Source: Candidatus Bathyarchaeota archaeon (GTDB taxonomy: Archaea > Thermoproteota > Bathyarchaeia > Bathyarchaeales > DTEX01). From it: DNA of 43,233 nucleotides. The translations under genes and the position numbers were made by a program. Numbering within the stretch: position 1 is the first letter of the stretch; each line of letters opens with the position of its first letter. The notes below the pieces were generated by a model that saw nothing but the letters and a program-made list of their open reading frames with translations, made no database searches and was not told where the DNA came from. Where the stretch lies: positions 22,273-65,505 of the forward strand of contig JAGTQL010000001.1 of assembly GCA_018396555.1 (NCBI GenBank), written 5' to 3'. Below are positions 27,377-37,952 of the stretch, in pieces.

Positions 27377-27682
27377 TTGTCCGAGGTTGTGTCGGCCAGG
27401 TTGCCCAAAGAAAAAGTTAGGCTTGTGGAGGAGATAGCCAGAGAAGAGAAGGTTGATAAGTCAACTATTTTGGAGAGGGCTTTAGATCATTACACTCGAG
27501 AGTGGAAGCTCAGGAAGGCTGTGGAATTATACAGGGATGGGTGTGTTACGATTTCAAGAGCTGCTGAAATCGCTGAAATCTCAGTTTGGGAAATGATCGA
27601 TGTACTGGCGCAGAGGAAAGTTGCACATCAGTATGGCGTTGAGGATTTGGAAGAGGATTTGAAGGCGCTTGAAAGCAGATAA
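27377..27682 (+). CDS. UPF0175-family antitoxin (RHH + HTH)
   Basis: AVELYRDG.VTISRAAEIAEISVWEM motif. TTG start inferred after GGAGG. Confidence 0.85.
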   Translation: MSEVVSARLPKEKVRLVEEIAREEKVDKSTILERALDHYTREWKLRKAVELYRDGCVTISRAAEIAEISVWEMIDVLAQRKVAHQYGVEDLEEDLKALESR

Positions 27683-28205
27683 ACCCCTTACAGTGGTTTC
27701 AAACTCAACCCCACTAATATATCTGGCGAAGATTGGCAGGCTGAGCATCATCCGAAACGTTTTTGAAAAAATCTTTATTCAAGAAGCAGTCTTTGAAGAA
27801 GCTGTAATCAGGGGAAAGGCGCTGAACATGAGCGACGCACACATCATTGAAAGGGCTGTGGGAACATGGATCATCAAGGAACGGATACGACAAGAAATAG
27901 ACGCTGAATACCGCTTCTTAGATACTAATACAAGGCTTGGTTCAGGTGAGAAGGAAGCTATCAAACTATGTAAACAGATAAACGCAAAATACCTAATAGC
28001 AGATGACAAAGAGGCAAGAAGAGTGTCAAAAATGCTTAGTATAACACCCATAGGAACATGCAGCATAATAATCCAAGCCTACAAACAAAAGGCGATAACA
28101 AAGAATGAAGCAGTCCAGATTATGGATGACCTTTTGAAAGTTGGATTTAGAATCAACCCAGAATTATACTGCAGGATACTTCACGAATTAGAATTCCAAC
28201 GATAG
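27669..28205 (+). CDS. DUF3368 PIN-like toxin
   Basis: VSNSTPLIYL, LGSGEKEAI, DDKEAR and C-terminal GFRI motifs. Confidence 0.9.
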   Translation: MKADKPLTVVSNSTPLIYLAKIGRLSIIRNVFEKIFIQEAVFEEAVIRGKALNMSDAHIIERAVGTWIIKERIRQEIDAEYRFLDTNTRLGSGEKEAIKLCKQINAKYLIADDKEARRVSKMLSITPIGTCSIIIQAYKQKAITKNEAVQIMDDLLKVGFRINPELYCRILHELEFQR

Positions 28206-28252
28206 GGTTAGCTTAACTACAACTAAAAGAAAACGGTCGGATTTTTGCAGAA

Positions 28253-28392
28253 CGCTCATATAAAGCTGATGATACATGGTCTTTTCCATTCCACAATTCC
28301 TCTAAAATAAGACCAAAACGTGCTCTACCGGAACAGAAATCATGAAGAAGAATGTAATTTAGAAGCTATGTACCGTCTCCTTTATATGAGCG
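28253..28392. mobile_element. MITE, copy 2 (perfect 13-bp TIR CGCTCATATAAAG, 8-bp TSD TTGCAGAA)
   Basis: TTGCAGAA occurs at 28245-28252 and 28393-28400. Inverted copy of 10775-10913. Confidence 0.9.
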
Positions 28393-28543
28393 TTGCAGAA
28401 TTTACTCGGTCTTCCCTAAAGATTTGCTGATCTTGCGTGTAAGTTTAGCTAGCATTAAAATGGTTTGAGGGCGTAGAAACTTTTAAGCCGGATTTGCTGC
28501 ATCCTAATCCTTTAACCATATCCTACCTCAGCCATCTCAGCCA

Positions 28544-29194
28544 CTATTTCTCCACCACCAAGCTTAGGGCATACTCGATTTTTCTAATCCTAGCGAAGCC
28601 TGCAAGCCTCAAGCGTTCAATTATCCCCTTCAAATAGTTTTTCCCCTGCCTTACCCCAGGCCTGCCAACATAATGCAGAAGCCTTCCATTATCTTTAAGA
28701 ACCCTGAAAAGCTGCCTGTAAAATTCCAGCGAATAAAGTTCCGGAGCAATGCTTATTCTTGGCGGATCATGAATGATGAAGTTGAAGTGTTTGTCCTCAA
28801 ATTTCTGCACCTCCCAGAATGCATCCCCAATTATCAGCTCAATCTTTTCATTTTCAAAAAGGTCTCTTGAAAACGGGTTCTGCCTAGCTATCAGAATCAC
28901 GTTCTCATCTTTCTCGATGGTTATAACCTTCCTAACCTCTTTCATTTTAGCTGCTAGAGTAGCCGTATAGCCTAAACCTGTGCAGCAGTCAAGGATAACG
29001 CCGTAGATTTTCCCAAGGGCCTTAATCTTCAGAAGGGCGTCGGTTTTAGGATCTACAGCATCAGCCCTATGCATGCGTACACCAGACACCTCAAGATATG
29101 GCCAAGTTCCGGTTTTAACAAGCCTATAGAATTTTCCAGTTTTTTCACTAAAGAATTTTATTTCATCTGTTGGCGTATTCATTCCTAAGAGCAT
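28544..29194 (-). CDS. Archaeal SAM-dependent methyltransferase (COG2521-like)
   Basis: LEVSGVRMH, LDCCTGLGYTA, HDPPR and ELYS.EFY motifs. Confidence 0.85.
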   Translation of the reverse strand: MLLGMNTPTDEIKFFSEKTGKFYRLVKTGTWPYLEVSGVRMHRADAVDPKTDALLKIKALGKIYGVILDCCTGLGYTATLAAKMKEVRKVITIEKDENVILIARQNPFSRDLFENEKIELIIGDAFWEVQKFEDKHFNFIIHDPPRISIAPELYSLEFYRQLFRVLKDNGRLLHYVGRPGVRQGKNYLKGIIERLRLAGFARIRKIEYALSLVVEK

Positions 29195-29241
29195 CTAACC
29201 CTTCTATTTGCGGGATAAATTTTTAACCTTCCCCTTTAAGC

Positions 29242-29892
29242 TTATGTTTCGTATTTTTCACCGGGCTTGAGCAGAACAACCTTAATCTTTGAGGATTTTT
29301 CAACTTTTCTCCTGAACTCTTCAGGATCAGTGTCCCATCTATGCATCGGAATTACAACTTGAGGGTTTATCGCTATAGCTGCCTCAGCCGCCTCCGGATT
29401 ATCCATCGTATATGTTCCTCCGCTCGGCAATAGGGCCAAATGAACTTTTCGATCCTTTAAATCCCTCATTTCGGGGATGAAGTCTGTGTCCCCAGCATGA
29501 TAAATCGTTCTGCCATTGATGGTCATTAAATAGCCAACGCCAAAACCCTTCGGATGGAAGGGGTTTCCCGGAGATCTGAAGCGCCTCACATTATATGAGT
29601 GAACCGCCTCAACGGTTACGTTATCCACACTTATTTTTTCACCTGGCTTAATCGCCCTAACTCTTCCACCTATTTTTGACGCGCATTCAGCGGGGGCAAT
29701 AATCAACGTGTCGTCTCTGCGCACCGCCTTAATCTTCGATGTATCACAATGATCGAAGTGGGAATGCGTCACCAAAATTATATCCGCCTTATCAAGATAT
29801 TTGCCCTCATATGGATCGATGTAAATATTTTTACCATCAGCCGTTATTTGGAAGCTGGCATGCCCAAGCCACTTAACCGCTATATTAACCAT
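29242..29892 (-). CDS. MBL-fold metallo-hydrolase
   Basis: WLGHASF, THSHFDH, YHAGDT and IPMH motifs. Start trimmed. Confidence 0.92.
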   Translation of the reverse strand: MVNIAVKWLGHASFQITADGKNIYIDPYEGKYLDKADIILVTHSHFDHCDTSKIKAVRRDDTLIIAPAECASKIGGRVRAIKPGEKISVDNVTVEAVHSYNVRRFRSPGNPFHPKGFGVGYLMTINGRTIYHAGDTDFIPEMRDLKDRKVHLALLPSGGTYTMDNPEAAEAAIAINPQVVIPMHRWDTDPEEFRRKVEKSSKIKVVLLKPGEKYET

Positions 29893-30094
29893 TTCACAAT
29901 CACCTAATCCTTCGCTGTTTAACTCGACATAATATATTAGGCTTTTAGCAGATTTATTTCTATCGATCCCCCGCTGATGGAATGTTATTTCAACCTCCAC
30001 AGATGAAGCCGCTCCCTAAAGAATCTACGTAAATTCGCTAAGGCTTAAAAGATCTTTCATCTAAGAATTTAATTGGGGAAAGCGGTGGGAAAAT

Positions 30095-31507
30095 ATGCTT
30101 CAAAAGGAAGATTTCAAGGTTAAGATCGGTTTCGTCCCATCCCACAGAAGCATCTTTGATGAAAACTGGGCCATCAGCATGCGTAAACGCTGCATTGATG
30201 CTTTCTCAAGCGTTGAGGGACTAGAGCTTATAGTTCCAGATGAAAACATAACTAAGAAGGGGCTTGTCTCAGATGAGGAGGACGCTGACAAAACCATTCA
30301 GCTATTCAAAGAGAATGAGGTGGACGGAGTAATAATTGGAACGATGACGTTTGGAGAGGAAGTCCCGGCTCTAAAGGTTGCAAGCGCCTTTTCAGAGAAA
30401 CCAATCCTACTGTTCGGCACTAAGGAGGGGCCCTTCACCCCTGAAGGAAAAAGGCTCTCAGACTCCTTCTGCGGAACACTATCGATTTCCTCCGGGCTCT
30501 ACCGTAGAAAAATACCCTTCTTGTTTGCTGGAATAATCTTTCCTGAGGAAGAAGAGTTTAAGGAGGCTGTTGAAAACTTCGTTCGGGTATGCGCGGTTTT
30601 CAAGGGATTCATAGGCGCAAGAATCGGGCAGGTTGGTCCCCGACCTAGACCTTTTGAAACCTGCATCTTTAATGAGGCAGTCCTAGTTGAGCGCTTCAAA
30701 CAAACCGTTATCCCAGTACCGCTATCTGAAATCTTCGACGCAGCCAATAGTTTAAGCAATGAAGACCCAGATGTTCAAAAAGTGCTTGGGGAGATAGAGT
30801 CTCAGGCGGATGTCTCCCAAATTGGGCGTGAGACGCTGATTAAGCTCGCAAAGCTTGAGGTTGCTCTAGGCAGATTCGCTGAGGAAAATAAAATATCCGC
30901 CATGGGTGTTCAATGCTGGACCTCGATGCAGGACATATATGGAACATCATCATGCCTACCAATGGCCAGATTAACCGACAGGGGAATAATGTCATCCTGC
31001 GAGGTCGACATTTATGGGGCTCTAACGATGCTAATACAGTATTTAGCCAGTTTAAAGAAGATTCCGCCGCACTTCATTGATTGGACGATACAGCATCAGG
31101 AGAAAGAAAATGTTTTCCTAGCTTGGCACTGCGGGAACGCACCTCCATCACTGGCCTGTGAGGGGTGCCCAAGATTTGTAAGGGGACATTTCGTCATGGA
31201 GGAAACTAAGCCGGGTAAAGCCTTTGGAACCATCGAGTTTCAGCTTAAGCCTGGTGTTGTCACAATATGCCGCCTAGTTGAGTATGATGGTGAATTCAAG
31301 ATGCTCATAACTAAGGGCGAAATTAAATATAGCCTAGATAATCTCCGCGGAGCATGGAGCTGGGTTGAGGTGCCAAATCTGAAATTCCTATACAGGGTTC
31401 TTGCTGAAGAAGGGTTCATACATCACGCAAGCATGATCCACGGCGACTACACCAAAGCCATAATGGACGCATGCAAATTCCTCGGAATAGATGCGGTGGT
31501 CGTCTAG
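30095..31507 (+). CDS. L-fucose/L-arabinose isomerase-family protein
   Basis: DSFCG, QCW, SCEVD, WHCG and HH motifs. Confidence 0.85.
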   Translation: MLQKEDFKVKIGFVPSHRSIFDENWAISMRKRCIDAFSSVEGLELIVPDENITKKGLVSDEEDADKTIQLFKENEVDGVIIGTMTFGEEVPALKVASAFSEKPILLFGTKEGPFTPEGKRLSDSFCGTLSISSGLYRRKIPFLFAGIIFPEEEEFKEAVENFVRVCAVFKGFIGARIGQVGPRPRPFETCIFNEAVLVERFKQTVIPVPLSEIFDAANSLSNEDPDVQKVLGEIESQADVSQIGRETLIKLAKLEVALGRFAEENKISAMGVQCWTSMQDIYGTSSCLPMARLTDRGIMSSCEVDIYGALTMLIQYLASLKKIPPHFIDWTIQHQEKENVFLAWHCGNAPPSLACEGCPRFVRGHFVMEETKPGKAFGTIEFQLKPGVVTICRLVEYDGEFKMLITKGEIKYSLDNLRGAWSWVEVPNLKFLYRVLAEEGFIHHASMIHGDYTKAIMDACKFLGIDAVVV

Positions 31508-31751
31508 AAGGAAACCTATTTTCCCTAAATCTCTTTATTTTTTCTTTTCATCTTATAGAAATGTTTGGTATTTTCTGGTTTAAGGGAGAATCACTAGGTT
31601 ATACAACCTGCAGCCAATAGGAATTTATCTTTTTGCCCTGATGGATTTGAAATATAGTTTCCCAATTAATAAAGATTTAATGATTCTTTCAGGATATTTC
31701 TTAGTGAAACGAAGAACGTCCGTGATTAGGAACCAGTTCGCATATAGGAGG

Positions 31752-32015
31752 ATGGTTGGAAAGTTGAAGAGTTTAGTGGAAGAGGAGGAAGAGGAGGAAT
31801 TAGAACTCGTCGAGGTTAAATTAAGGCTGCCTAAACCAGTGATTGACTTCCTGAAGATATTCATGACTGAAGATGAGATCTCGGAGTTTCTCTACTACAA
31901 AATCATTATTGCTGGCCTAAAGGATAGACTGGCAATCGAAGCTAAAGATTGGGTTCTGAAACTTGCAGAGAGACAAGGCTTAAACAGAATATTCGAAGAA
32001 ATACTTGAGGAATAA
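31752..32015 (+). CDS. Small hypothetical protein, possible RHH-like fold
   Basis: AGGAGG RBS before ATG 31752; EVKLRLPKPVIDFLK segment. Confidence 0.55.
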   Translation: MVGKLKSLVEEEEEEELELVEVKLRLPKPVIDFLKIFMTEDEISEFLYYKIIIAGLKDRLAIEAKDWVLKLAERQGLNRIFEEILEE

Positions 32016-32294
32016 ACTCCAAATCCCCTTTTTATATAGAAGTCTAGACGATTAAACAATGCCTAGAGGTAAGGCTCCAATGGCGAATTCATGAAACCTG
32101 CGCGCTCCTACGCATCTTATGAGCCTAGTGGGAAAAAGGGCTTAATTAATCCTTTTTATAATCCATAAGAAAGCCTCTACGATTTCAGTTTTAGAGCCGC
32201 CTTCTTCTTATTTAGAATAACGCTGGGAATCGTCGTAAATTTTATATCCGGTATAGGGGTAAGGGGTATCATCTCTTAACCAGAGGTATTATGA

Positions 32295-33224
32295 ATGAAG
32301 TTTGGTTGTTGCGTATGGACCGTCCGCTGGAAGGCGCCATATGAGGATGCTATTAAGAGGATATCTAGATTGGGCTTTAAAGGTGTTGAGTTAATCGCGT
32401 GGGATAGAAAAACGCTGGACGAATATTACACGCCTGGAAAAATAAGGGAACTAAGAGAACTTGTGAACTCTTTAGGTATGGAAATAACGGAGTTCGTCTC
32501 AACACCGCGGGGAATGAGCAGCTTGAGAGGGGAAGATCAGGACGGGGCTTTAAGCCATTTTAAGAGGCTAGTAGAGGTGGCTTCCGAGATAGGGACAAAA
32601 ATCGTGAACACCGTGGCCCCATGGCCATTCTCCGATATTCCTAGTCCAGATATAAAGAGAAGACCTTTAATGCAGACGTTTTTAATGCCGGAGAATCTCC
32701 CATACGACTTAGACATGGATCTGGTTTGGAATAGCTATGTTAACCTTATGAGGAAATTCGCCGATCTGGTTGAGGATGCAGGTATGCGCTACGCTATTGA
32801 GCCTCACCCCTTCAGATTAATATGCAATGCAGATGGTATGTTAAGGCTTCTTGAGCATGTTGGTTCGAAGGCTATTGGGATGAATTGGGATCCAAGCCAC
32901 CTTTTCCCTTCAGGTGAAACACCGGCAATAAGCATACTGAAGTTGAAGGGGCGGATTTTCCATACTCACATATCTGACAATGACGCTATGACAAACGTTC
33001 ACTGGAGGCCTGGAAAGGGGAAAATCGACTGGAAAAGCTGCTTAAGAGCTATGAAAGCTATTGGGTATGATAACGTGTTATCACTTGAACTAGAAGATGC
33101 ACCCGGGGCAAGTTCACAAAATGGCCCCAGAAATGCGGAGCGAATTTTCGACATGGAACTAAACATAGCAATGAGATTCTTAGAAGAAATAGCTGAAGAA
33201 GTTAATATCAAAGTAGAGAAATAA
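32295..33224 (+). CDS. Sugar phosphate isomerase/epimerase (xylose isomerase-like TIM barrel)
   Basis: GFKGVEL, EPH, DPSH, HISD and SLE metal ligands. Confidence 0.9.
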   Translation: MKFGCCVWTVRWKAPYEDAIKRISRLGFKGVELIAWDRKTLDEYYTPGKIRELRELVNSLGMEITEFVSTPRGMSSLRGEDQDGALSHFKRLVEVASEIGTKIVNTVAPWPFSDIPSPDIKRRPLMQTFLMPENLPYDLDMDLVWNSYVNLMRKFADLVEDAGMRYAIEPHPFRLICNADGMLRLLEHVGSKAIGMNWDPSHLFPSGETPAISILKLKGRIFHTHISDNDAMTNVHWRPGKGKIDWKSCLRAMKAIGYDNVLSLELEDAPGASSQNGPRNAERIFDMELNIAMRFLEEIAEEVNIKVEK

Positions 33225-33253
33225 TCTATGTTTAGTTGAGAGGTTTATAGAGC

Positions 33254-34366
33254 ATGTCGAAAGAACTGATGGTTTATGTTGGAACCTATACTCTTCCAAT
33301 ACTCTTCGGAACCGGGGAAGTTCTGGTGGGGAAGGGCGAGGGCATATACGTTTATCGAATGGATCAGAATTCCGGAGCCTTAGAGTTCAGCAGCAAGATA
33401 GCAGGCGTTGCAAACCCATCTTACCTATCCTTCGATCCTAAGCATCATTCTCTTTACGCTGTTAACGAGCTAAAGAATTTTGAGGGTAAACCGACAGGCG
33501 CCGTCAGCGCCTTCTCAGTCAACTCGGAAACTGGCGGATTGAAATTCCTAAATAGAAAACCAACCATGGGAACTGATCCCTGCTATGTGACCGTTGATAA
33601 AACTAGTAGATACGTTCTTGTCGCTAATTTCATGAGCGGCAGCGTATGCGTCTTACCTATACGGGAGGATGGAAGCCTAGAAGATGCCAGCGATCTCATT
33701 CAGCATCACGGTTCAAGCGTTAACCCTAAACGTCAAGAGGAACCTCATGCCCATGCATGCGTACTAGATAAAGCCAATCGGTATGTGTTAGTTCCCGATC
33801 TTGGAATCGACAAGGTTATGATCTATAAGTTTGATTCAAACCTTGGAAGACTAGAGCCTAATGATGAGCCCTGGTTTCAAGTGAGAGCTGGCGCTGGACC
33901 GCGCCACTTAGCTTTCCATCCTAACGGCAGATACGCTTACCTAATTAATGAGCTCAACTCTACATTAACCGTTTTCTCATACAACGAAAATAATGGCACA
34001 CTTAAAGAGGTCCAAACCGTTTCCACTATGCCGGAGGATTTCGCTGGCGCAAATACAGGCGCAGATGTTAAGGTCCATCCCTCAGGCAGATTTGTTTACG
34101 CCTCAAACCGTGGCCTTAATGACATCGTAATCTATGCAATTAATGAAGGCACCGGAAAACTTACATACATAGGCCGCAGATCAACTCAGGGCAAAACGCC
34201 CCGCAACTTTGCCATCGACCCAACTGGCAGATTTCTACTTGCCGCCAACCAGGATACGGATACCATTGTAACCTTTAGAATAGACCAGCAGACCGGCGAA
34301 CTTCTATTATCAGGACATCTTACGAAGGCGCCGACTCCTGTTTGTATAAAAATGATTCCTTTATGA
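33254..34366 (+). CDS. pgl: Lactonase (6-phosphogluconolactonase, beta-propeller)
   Basis: YVGTYT, RQE.PHAH, GPRH, SNRG and PRNF motifs. Confidence 0.9.
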   Translation: MSKELMVYVGTYTLPILFGTGEVLVGKGEGIYVYRMDQNSGALEFSSKIAGVANPSYLSFDPKHHSLYAVNELKNFEGKPTGAVSAFSVNSETGGLKFLNRKPTMGTDPCYVTVDKTSRYVLVANFMSGSVCVLPIREDGSLEDASDLIQHHGSSVNPKRQEEPHAHACVLDKANRYVLVPDLGIDKVMIYKFDSNLGRLEPNDEPWFQVRAGAGPRHLAFHPNGRYAYLINELNSTLTVFSYNENNGTLKEVQTVSTMPEDFAGANTGADVKVHPSGRFVYASNRGLNDIVIYAINEGTGKLTYIGRRSTQGKTPRNFAIDPTGRFLLAANQDTDTIVTFRIDQQTGELLLSGHLTKAPTPVCIKMIPL

Positions 34367-34511
34367 TGGAAATTTATTATCGAGCAATAAAGGTTCCTTT
34401 GTAATCTACCTATCTTTTTTGCTGCAGGATTAAGCACGATTCATCTCTGAATATTACTTGCCGCTATTACCCTAAAAATTTTCATCGCAACATCGCGATA
34501 GAAAATATTAA

Positions 34512-36899
34512 TTGAAGCTTAAGGCTATTATCTGGTATGTCAAAATGGTGATGCTTACTTTGATGGTTAAAACAGGTAGATTTCTGTTGAAAATCCTATT
34601 TTCCTCGTTAGCATTTGCGCTTCTATTACTCATGCTCATTAGTATACCGCTTGGTCTTCAGCTCTTCTTTTTTGAGAGAATATCTGAGTCTTACACGTTT
34701 AAATCAAATTTTTTAATTGAACTTTTAAATCTTCGCTTTGGGGTCAGTATGGGTCTTATTTTCGCCATTTTCTCCCTAATATACATTTTATGTTTTTTCA
34801 TTTCCCTCAGGAAAAGTCTCACTTTTAGGGGCTTCAGAGGGTTTTTCAGAGAAGGAGTAAGCTTTTGGCTTGTGAGAAATCCATTATTCGCTGCATCATT
34901 TCTATCATGCCTGGCGTATGTTACATCAAAGATTATCCATTTAATTGAGGAGGCTTGCGGCATACCGGTCGGTCAAGCTCCTGTCTCCGCAGATCCCCTA
35001 GTAGCTTTCCTACAGATTTCAATCTCGCCTTTACTTGAAGAAGTTATTTTCCGCATACTACCAATCGGCGTTTTCTCAGCAACCTATCTCTTAACCTCGC
35101 TTCAACTGGGCAAACCTAATATCTCATTGAGGGAAAAAATGAAACTTTCGCTTTTAATCCTCATTAGCCCTGAGCGTGGAAAACGAATTGCGCATTTAAA
35201 GACTATTGCGGAGTTCGGCTTCATGAAGGGAATAAGTTCCAGCGAGTGGTTAATGGTGTTTTTAACTTCGGCGATTTTCGGCTTCTCACATTATGTTCCC
35301 CCAACAACATGGGGCGCTGGGAAAATTCTATCGGCATTTATACAGGGGGTGATTATGGGGTTGGCATATTTAGCCTATGGTTTTCAGACCCCAATCATAA
35401 TACATTGGTTCCTTAACTACTATTTATGCACGTTCAGCCTTGCAGGCTACGTGTATCCGCGTTTCGCCATTTTAAATGAGTTGAATATTTATATTATAAC
35501 TGCGCTTGGGGTGCTCAGCATAGTGACAATCACTTTGTTAGGGATCAGAGGCATTGCGAAAAGTCAAATCTTAAACATGGAAATCCTCTTTCAATCCTAT
35601 AGGAAAATCGAGAGTAAATTAAAAATTGAGTATGGAAAGGCATTGAATGTTTTTAGGCGTGTGAGCCTTAAATCCCTCAGGAGTTTTAATTTTGCCACCA
35701 TAGCCTTAGTCTTATTCTTCCTCGCTGTTAGATTATTGATTGTGAATTTTCCAAGACCTGAGCCTGGGGAAAGATATTATGAAACGGGCTTCGTGTTTGA
35801 TGAAACATATTATGTTAAGGCTGCGAGGCTGCTTCTTAAGGGCGAATCAACCAACCACGAGCATCCGCCGCTGGTTAAAATGTTAATAATGGTTGGAATC
35901 ATGATTTTTGGAGATAACCCGCTTGGCTGGCGGCTTTTCTCAATCTTATTCAGTTCGATATCTATAGGCTTACTGCATCTGCTCACATTGAGCCTCGCTG
36001 AGAACCGGCTTACATCATTTTCAGCAGCATTGCTATTTGCGTTTGACATAATGGCTTTTAACATTGGGCAGATAGGCATGCTTGACGCAGCTGCCCTAAT
36101 GTTCGTTCTCGCCGCAAGCATTATGCTGGTCAAAGAGAAATATGATTTTAGTGGTTTATTGTTTGGTTTAGCGTTGCTATGCAAGCTAAGCTCCATTTTT
36201 AGTTTAGGCATGATCTTCCTTCTGCTGGCTAAAGGGGTTTTTGAGAATGGAAGTCTTAGGATGAAAACCGTTTTTAAATGGCTTACTTTATCAATAAGAA
36301 TAATTCTTATGGCTTCAGTCATCTTCCTAGCTGGCTTATGGGTTTATGATGTTGCCTATGGTGTTTTCAGCGGCAACCCACTTAACCACATAAACTACAT
36401 GTTTAGCTATCATAATATTCTTCGATATGATGAAGAAGATGTCATTTCTGAAAAGGTCATACTTCCGCTGAGATGGATTAATCCCTTAGACCCGTTCTCT
36501 CCGATCCGATATTACGTTGTTACAGTAACGGAACTCATTAACGGAGGTTTACATGAATATTATCCCATAGCCTACTATGGAATATATACGCCTCTATGGT
36601 GGAGCATATGGCTAGTTACGCCGGTAAGCCTCATGGAAACAGCGAGAAAAAAGAAAACGTCAGACTTTTTCATTTTCTTATGGATCACAGCAAACTTTCT
36701 TCCATACATTGTTTTAGCTTACGTTTCACGCAGGTGGGTCTACCCATTCTATTTCTGTGCAACGTTGCCTGGACTGTACATGGGGCTATCTCAATACTTA
36801 GCTTATCCTAAAAAACTAAGAATACTGCTTGCGTCATTAACGTTTATACAAATCTTATGGTTCATCTTATGGTTCCCTGTCAAACCAAAATTACTATAA
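34512..36899 (+). CDS. Fusion of a CPBP (Abi/CAAX) intramembrane protease and a GT-C/PMT-like glycosyltransferase
   Basis: N-half has EEVIFR, FGFSH and HWFLN; C-half has VFDETYY, EHPPLVK, GWR and MLD. Single open frame; start could be 34545 or 34563. Confidence 0.85.
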   Translation: MKLKAIIWYVKMVMLTLMVKTGRFLLKILFSSLAFALLLLMLISIPLGLQLFFFERISESYTFKSNFLIELLNLRFGVSMGLIFAIFSLIYILCFFISLRKSLTFRGFRGFFREGVSFWLVRNPLFAASFLSCLAYVTSKIIHLIEEACGIPVGQAPVSADPLVAFLQISISPLLEEVIFRILPIGVFSATYLLTSLQLGKPNISLREKMKLSLLILISPERGKRIAHLKTIAEFGFMKGISSSEWLMVFLTSAIFGFSHYVPPTTWGAGKILSAFIQGVIMGLAYLAYGFQTPIIIHWFLNYYLCTFSLAGYVYPRFAILNELNIYIITALGVLSIVTITLLGIRGIAKSQILNMEILFQSYRKIESKLKIEYGKALNVFRRVSLKSLRSFNFATIALVLFFLAVRLLIVNFPRPEPGERYYETGFVFDETYYVKAARLLLKGESTNHEHPPLVKMLIMVGIMIFGDNPLGWRLFSILFSSISIGLLHLLTLSLAENRLTSFSAALLFAFDIMAFNIGQIGMLDAAALMFVLAASIMLVKEKYDFSGLLFGLALLCKLSSIFSLGMIFLLLAKGVFENGSLRMKTVFKWLTLSIRIILMASVIFLAGLWVYDVAYGVFSGNPLNHINYMFSYHNILRYDEEDVISEKVILPLRWINPLDPFSPIRYYVVTVTELINGGLHEYYPIAYYGIYTPLWWSIWLVTPVSLMETARKKKTSDFFIFLWITANFLPYIVLAYVSRRWVYPFYFCATLPGLYMGLSQYLAYPKKLRILLASLTFIQILWFILWFPVKPKLL

Positions 36900-36986
36900 C
36901 ATCTCCTTTCCAGCATGTAACATTTATTTATAGTATATATTTATAGTATAGTTTTATATTGCGAACTTAGTTTATCTGAGTAGATG

Positions 36987-37952
36987 CTACCCGTAAAGCC
37001 AGCAGGCAACTTTTACTTTCCCAGCCTCAAACATGGGAGGCCTTTCTTTTAGGCATTTCTCCATTTTATTTGGGCATGTGCTTATATATTTACATCCAGA
37101 AGCTAGAAACTCCTTAATTTCCATCCCTAACGGGCTCATCTCCTCCTTAATCCATTTTTCTCTTTTTCCATGCTCAGGAAGCGAGCTTACCAACGCTTTA
37201 GTGTATGGGTGATATTGGTTGAGGAGGACTTCATCAGCCGGTCCCTTCTCAATTATCATGCCCCTATACATGATGGCTATTTCATCGCTTATGTAGTAGG
37301 CTGTTGCAAGATCATGCGTTATATAGACGAAGGATATTTCCCTCTGCTTTAACTCCTTAAATATGTTCAAAACGTTCATTCTTGAAGAGGCGTCAATCAT
37401 GGATACAGGCTCGTCGGCTACGATTAACCTTGGTTGAGATAGAAGTGCGCGGGCTATAGCTATCCGCTGGAGCTGACCGCCTGAGAACTCGCTTGGTTTT
37501 TTTCCAACAATCTCATCAATTGTTAATCCGACGAAACTTAGAGTCTCTTTTATCTGGGAGGATGCTTCCTCATCCTTCATATTAAGCATATGTTTGGCTG
37601 TTCCAAACAGGTACGTGTCTACATTTCTTAAAGGATTAAAGGTTCCATAGGGATCTTGGAAGATTGCTTGGACTTCCTTTCGAAAAAGTTTTCTCTCTCC
37701 ACGCTTTAGGGAGTAAACTCGTTTACCTTTATAAAGCACGGTTCCTTCTTCTGGCTTCAATAAGCCTAAAACGATTCTTGCAAGGGTTGTTTTTCCACAA
37801 CCGCTTTCCCCGGCTATGGTGAGTATTTTCGGCTCTTTTTCCATGCTTAGGGACGCACTATCAACCGCTGGGAATTTAATCCATCCGATGAATCCGTAGC
37901 CGAAAAATTTTGATACATTCTTTAACTCTAAAAGAAACTCGCTCATAAACAA
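36987..37952 (-). CDS. oppF: Opp/Dpp-type ABC transporter ATPase
   Basis: GESGCGKT, FSGGQ, DEP and HPYT motifs with C-terminal Cys cluster. Confidence 0.92.
   Translation of the reverse strand: MFMSEFLLELKNVSKFFGYGFIGWIKFPAVDSASLSMEKEPKILTIAGESGCGKTTLARIVLGLLKPEEGTVLYKGKRVYSLKRGERKLFRKEVQAIFQDPYGTFNPLRNVDTYLFGTAKHMLNMKDEEASSQIKETLSFVGLTIDEIVGKKPSEFSGGQLQRIAIARALLSQPRLIVADEPVSMIDASSRMNVLNIFKELKQREISFVYITHDLATAYYISDEIAIMYRGMIIEKGPADEVLLNQYHPYTKALVSSLPEHGKREKWIKEEMSPLGMEIKEFLASGCKYISTCPNKMEKCLKERPPMFEAGKVKVACWLYG

Noticed and set aside
32073..32198. Possible degenerate MITE (GGCTCCAA...TTAGAGCC)
   Set aside because: The inverted match is short and imperfect, there is no target duplication, and no second copy was noticed.
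36927..36953. TTTATAGTATA tandem repeat between convergent genes
   Set aside because: Low-complexity AT-rich sequence, only two units.
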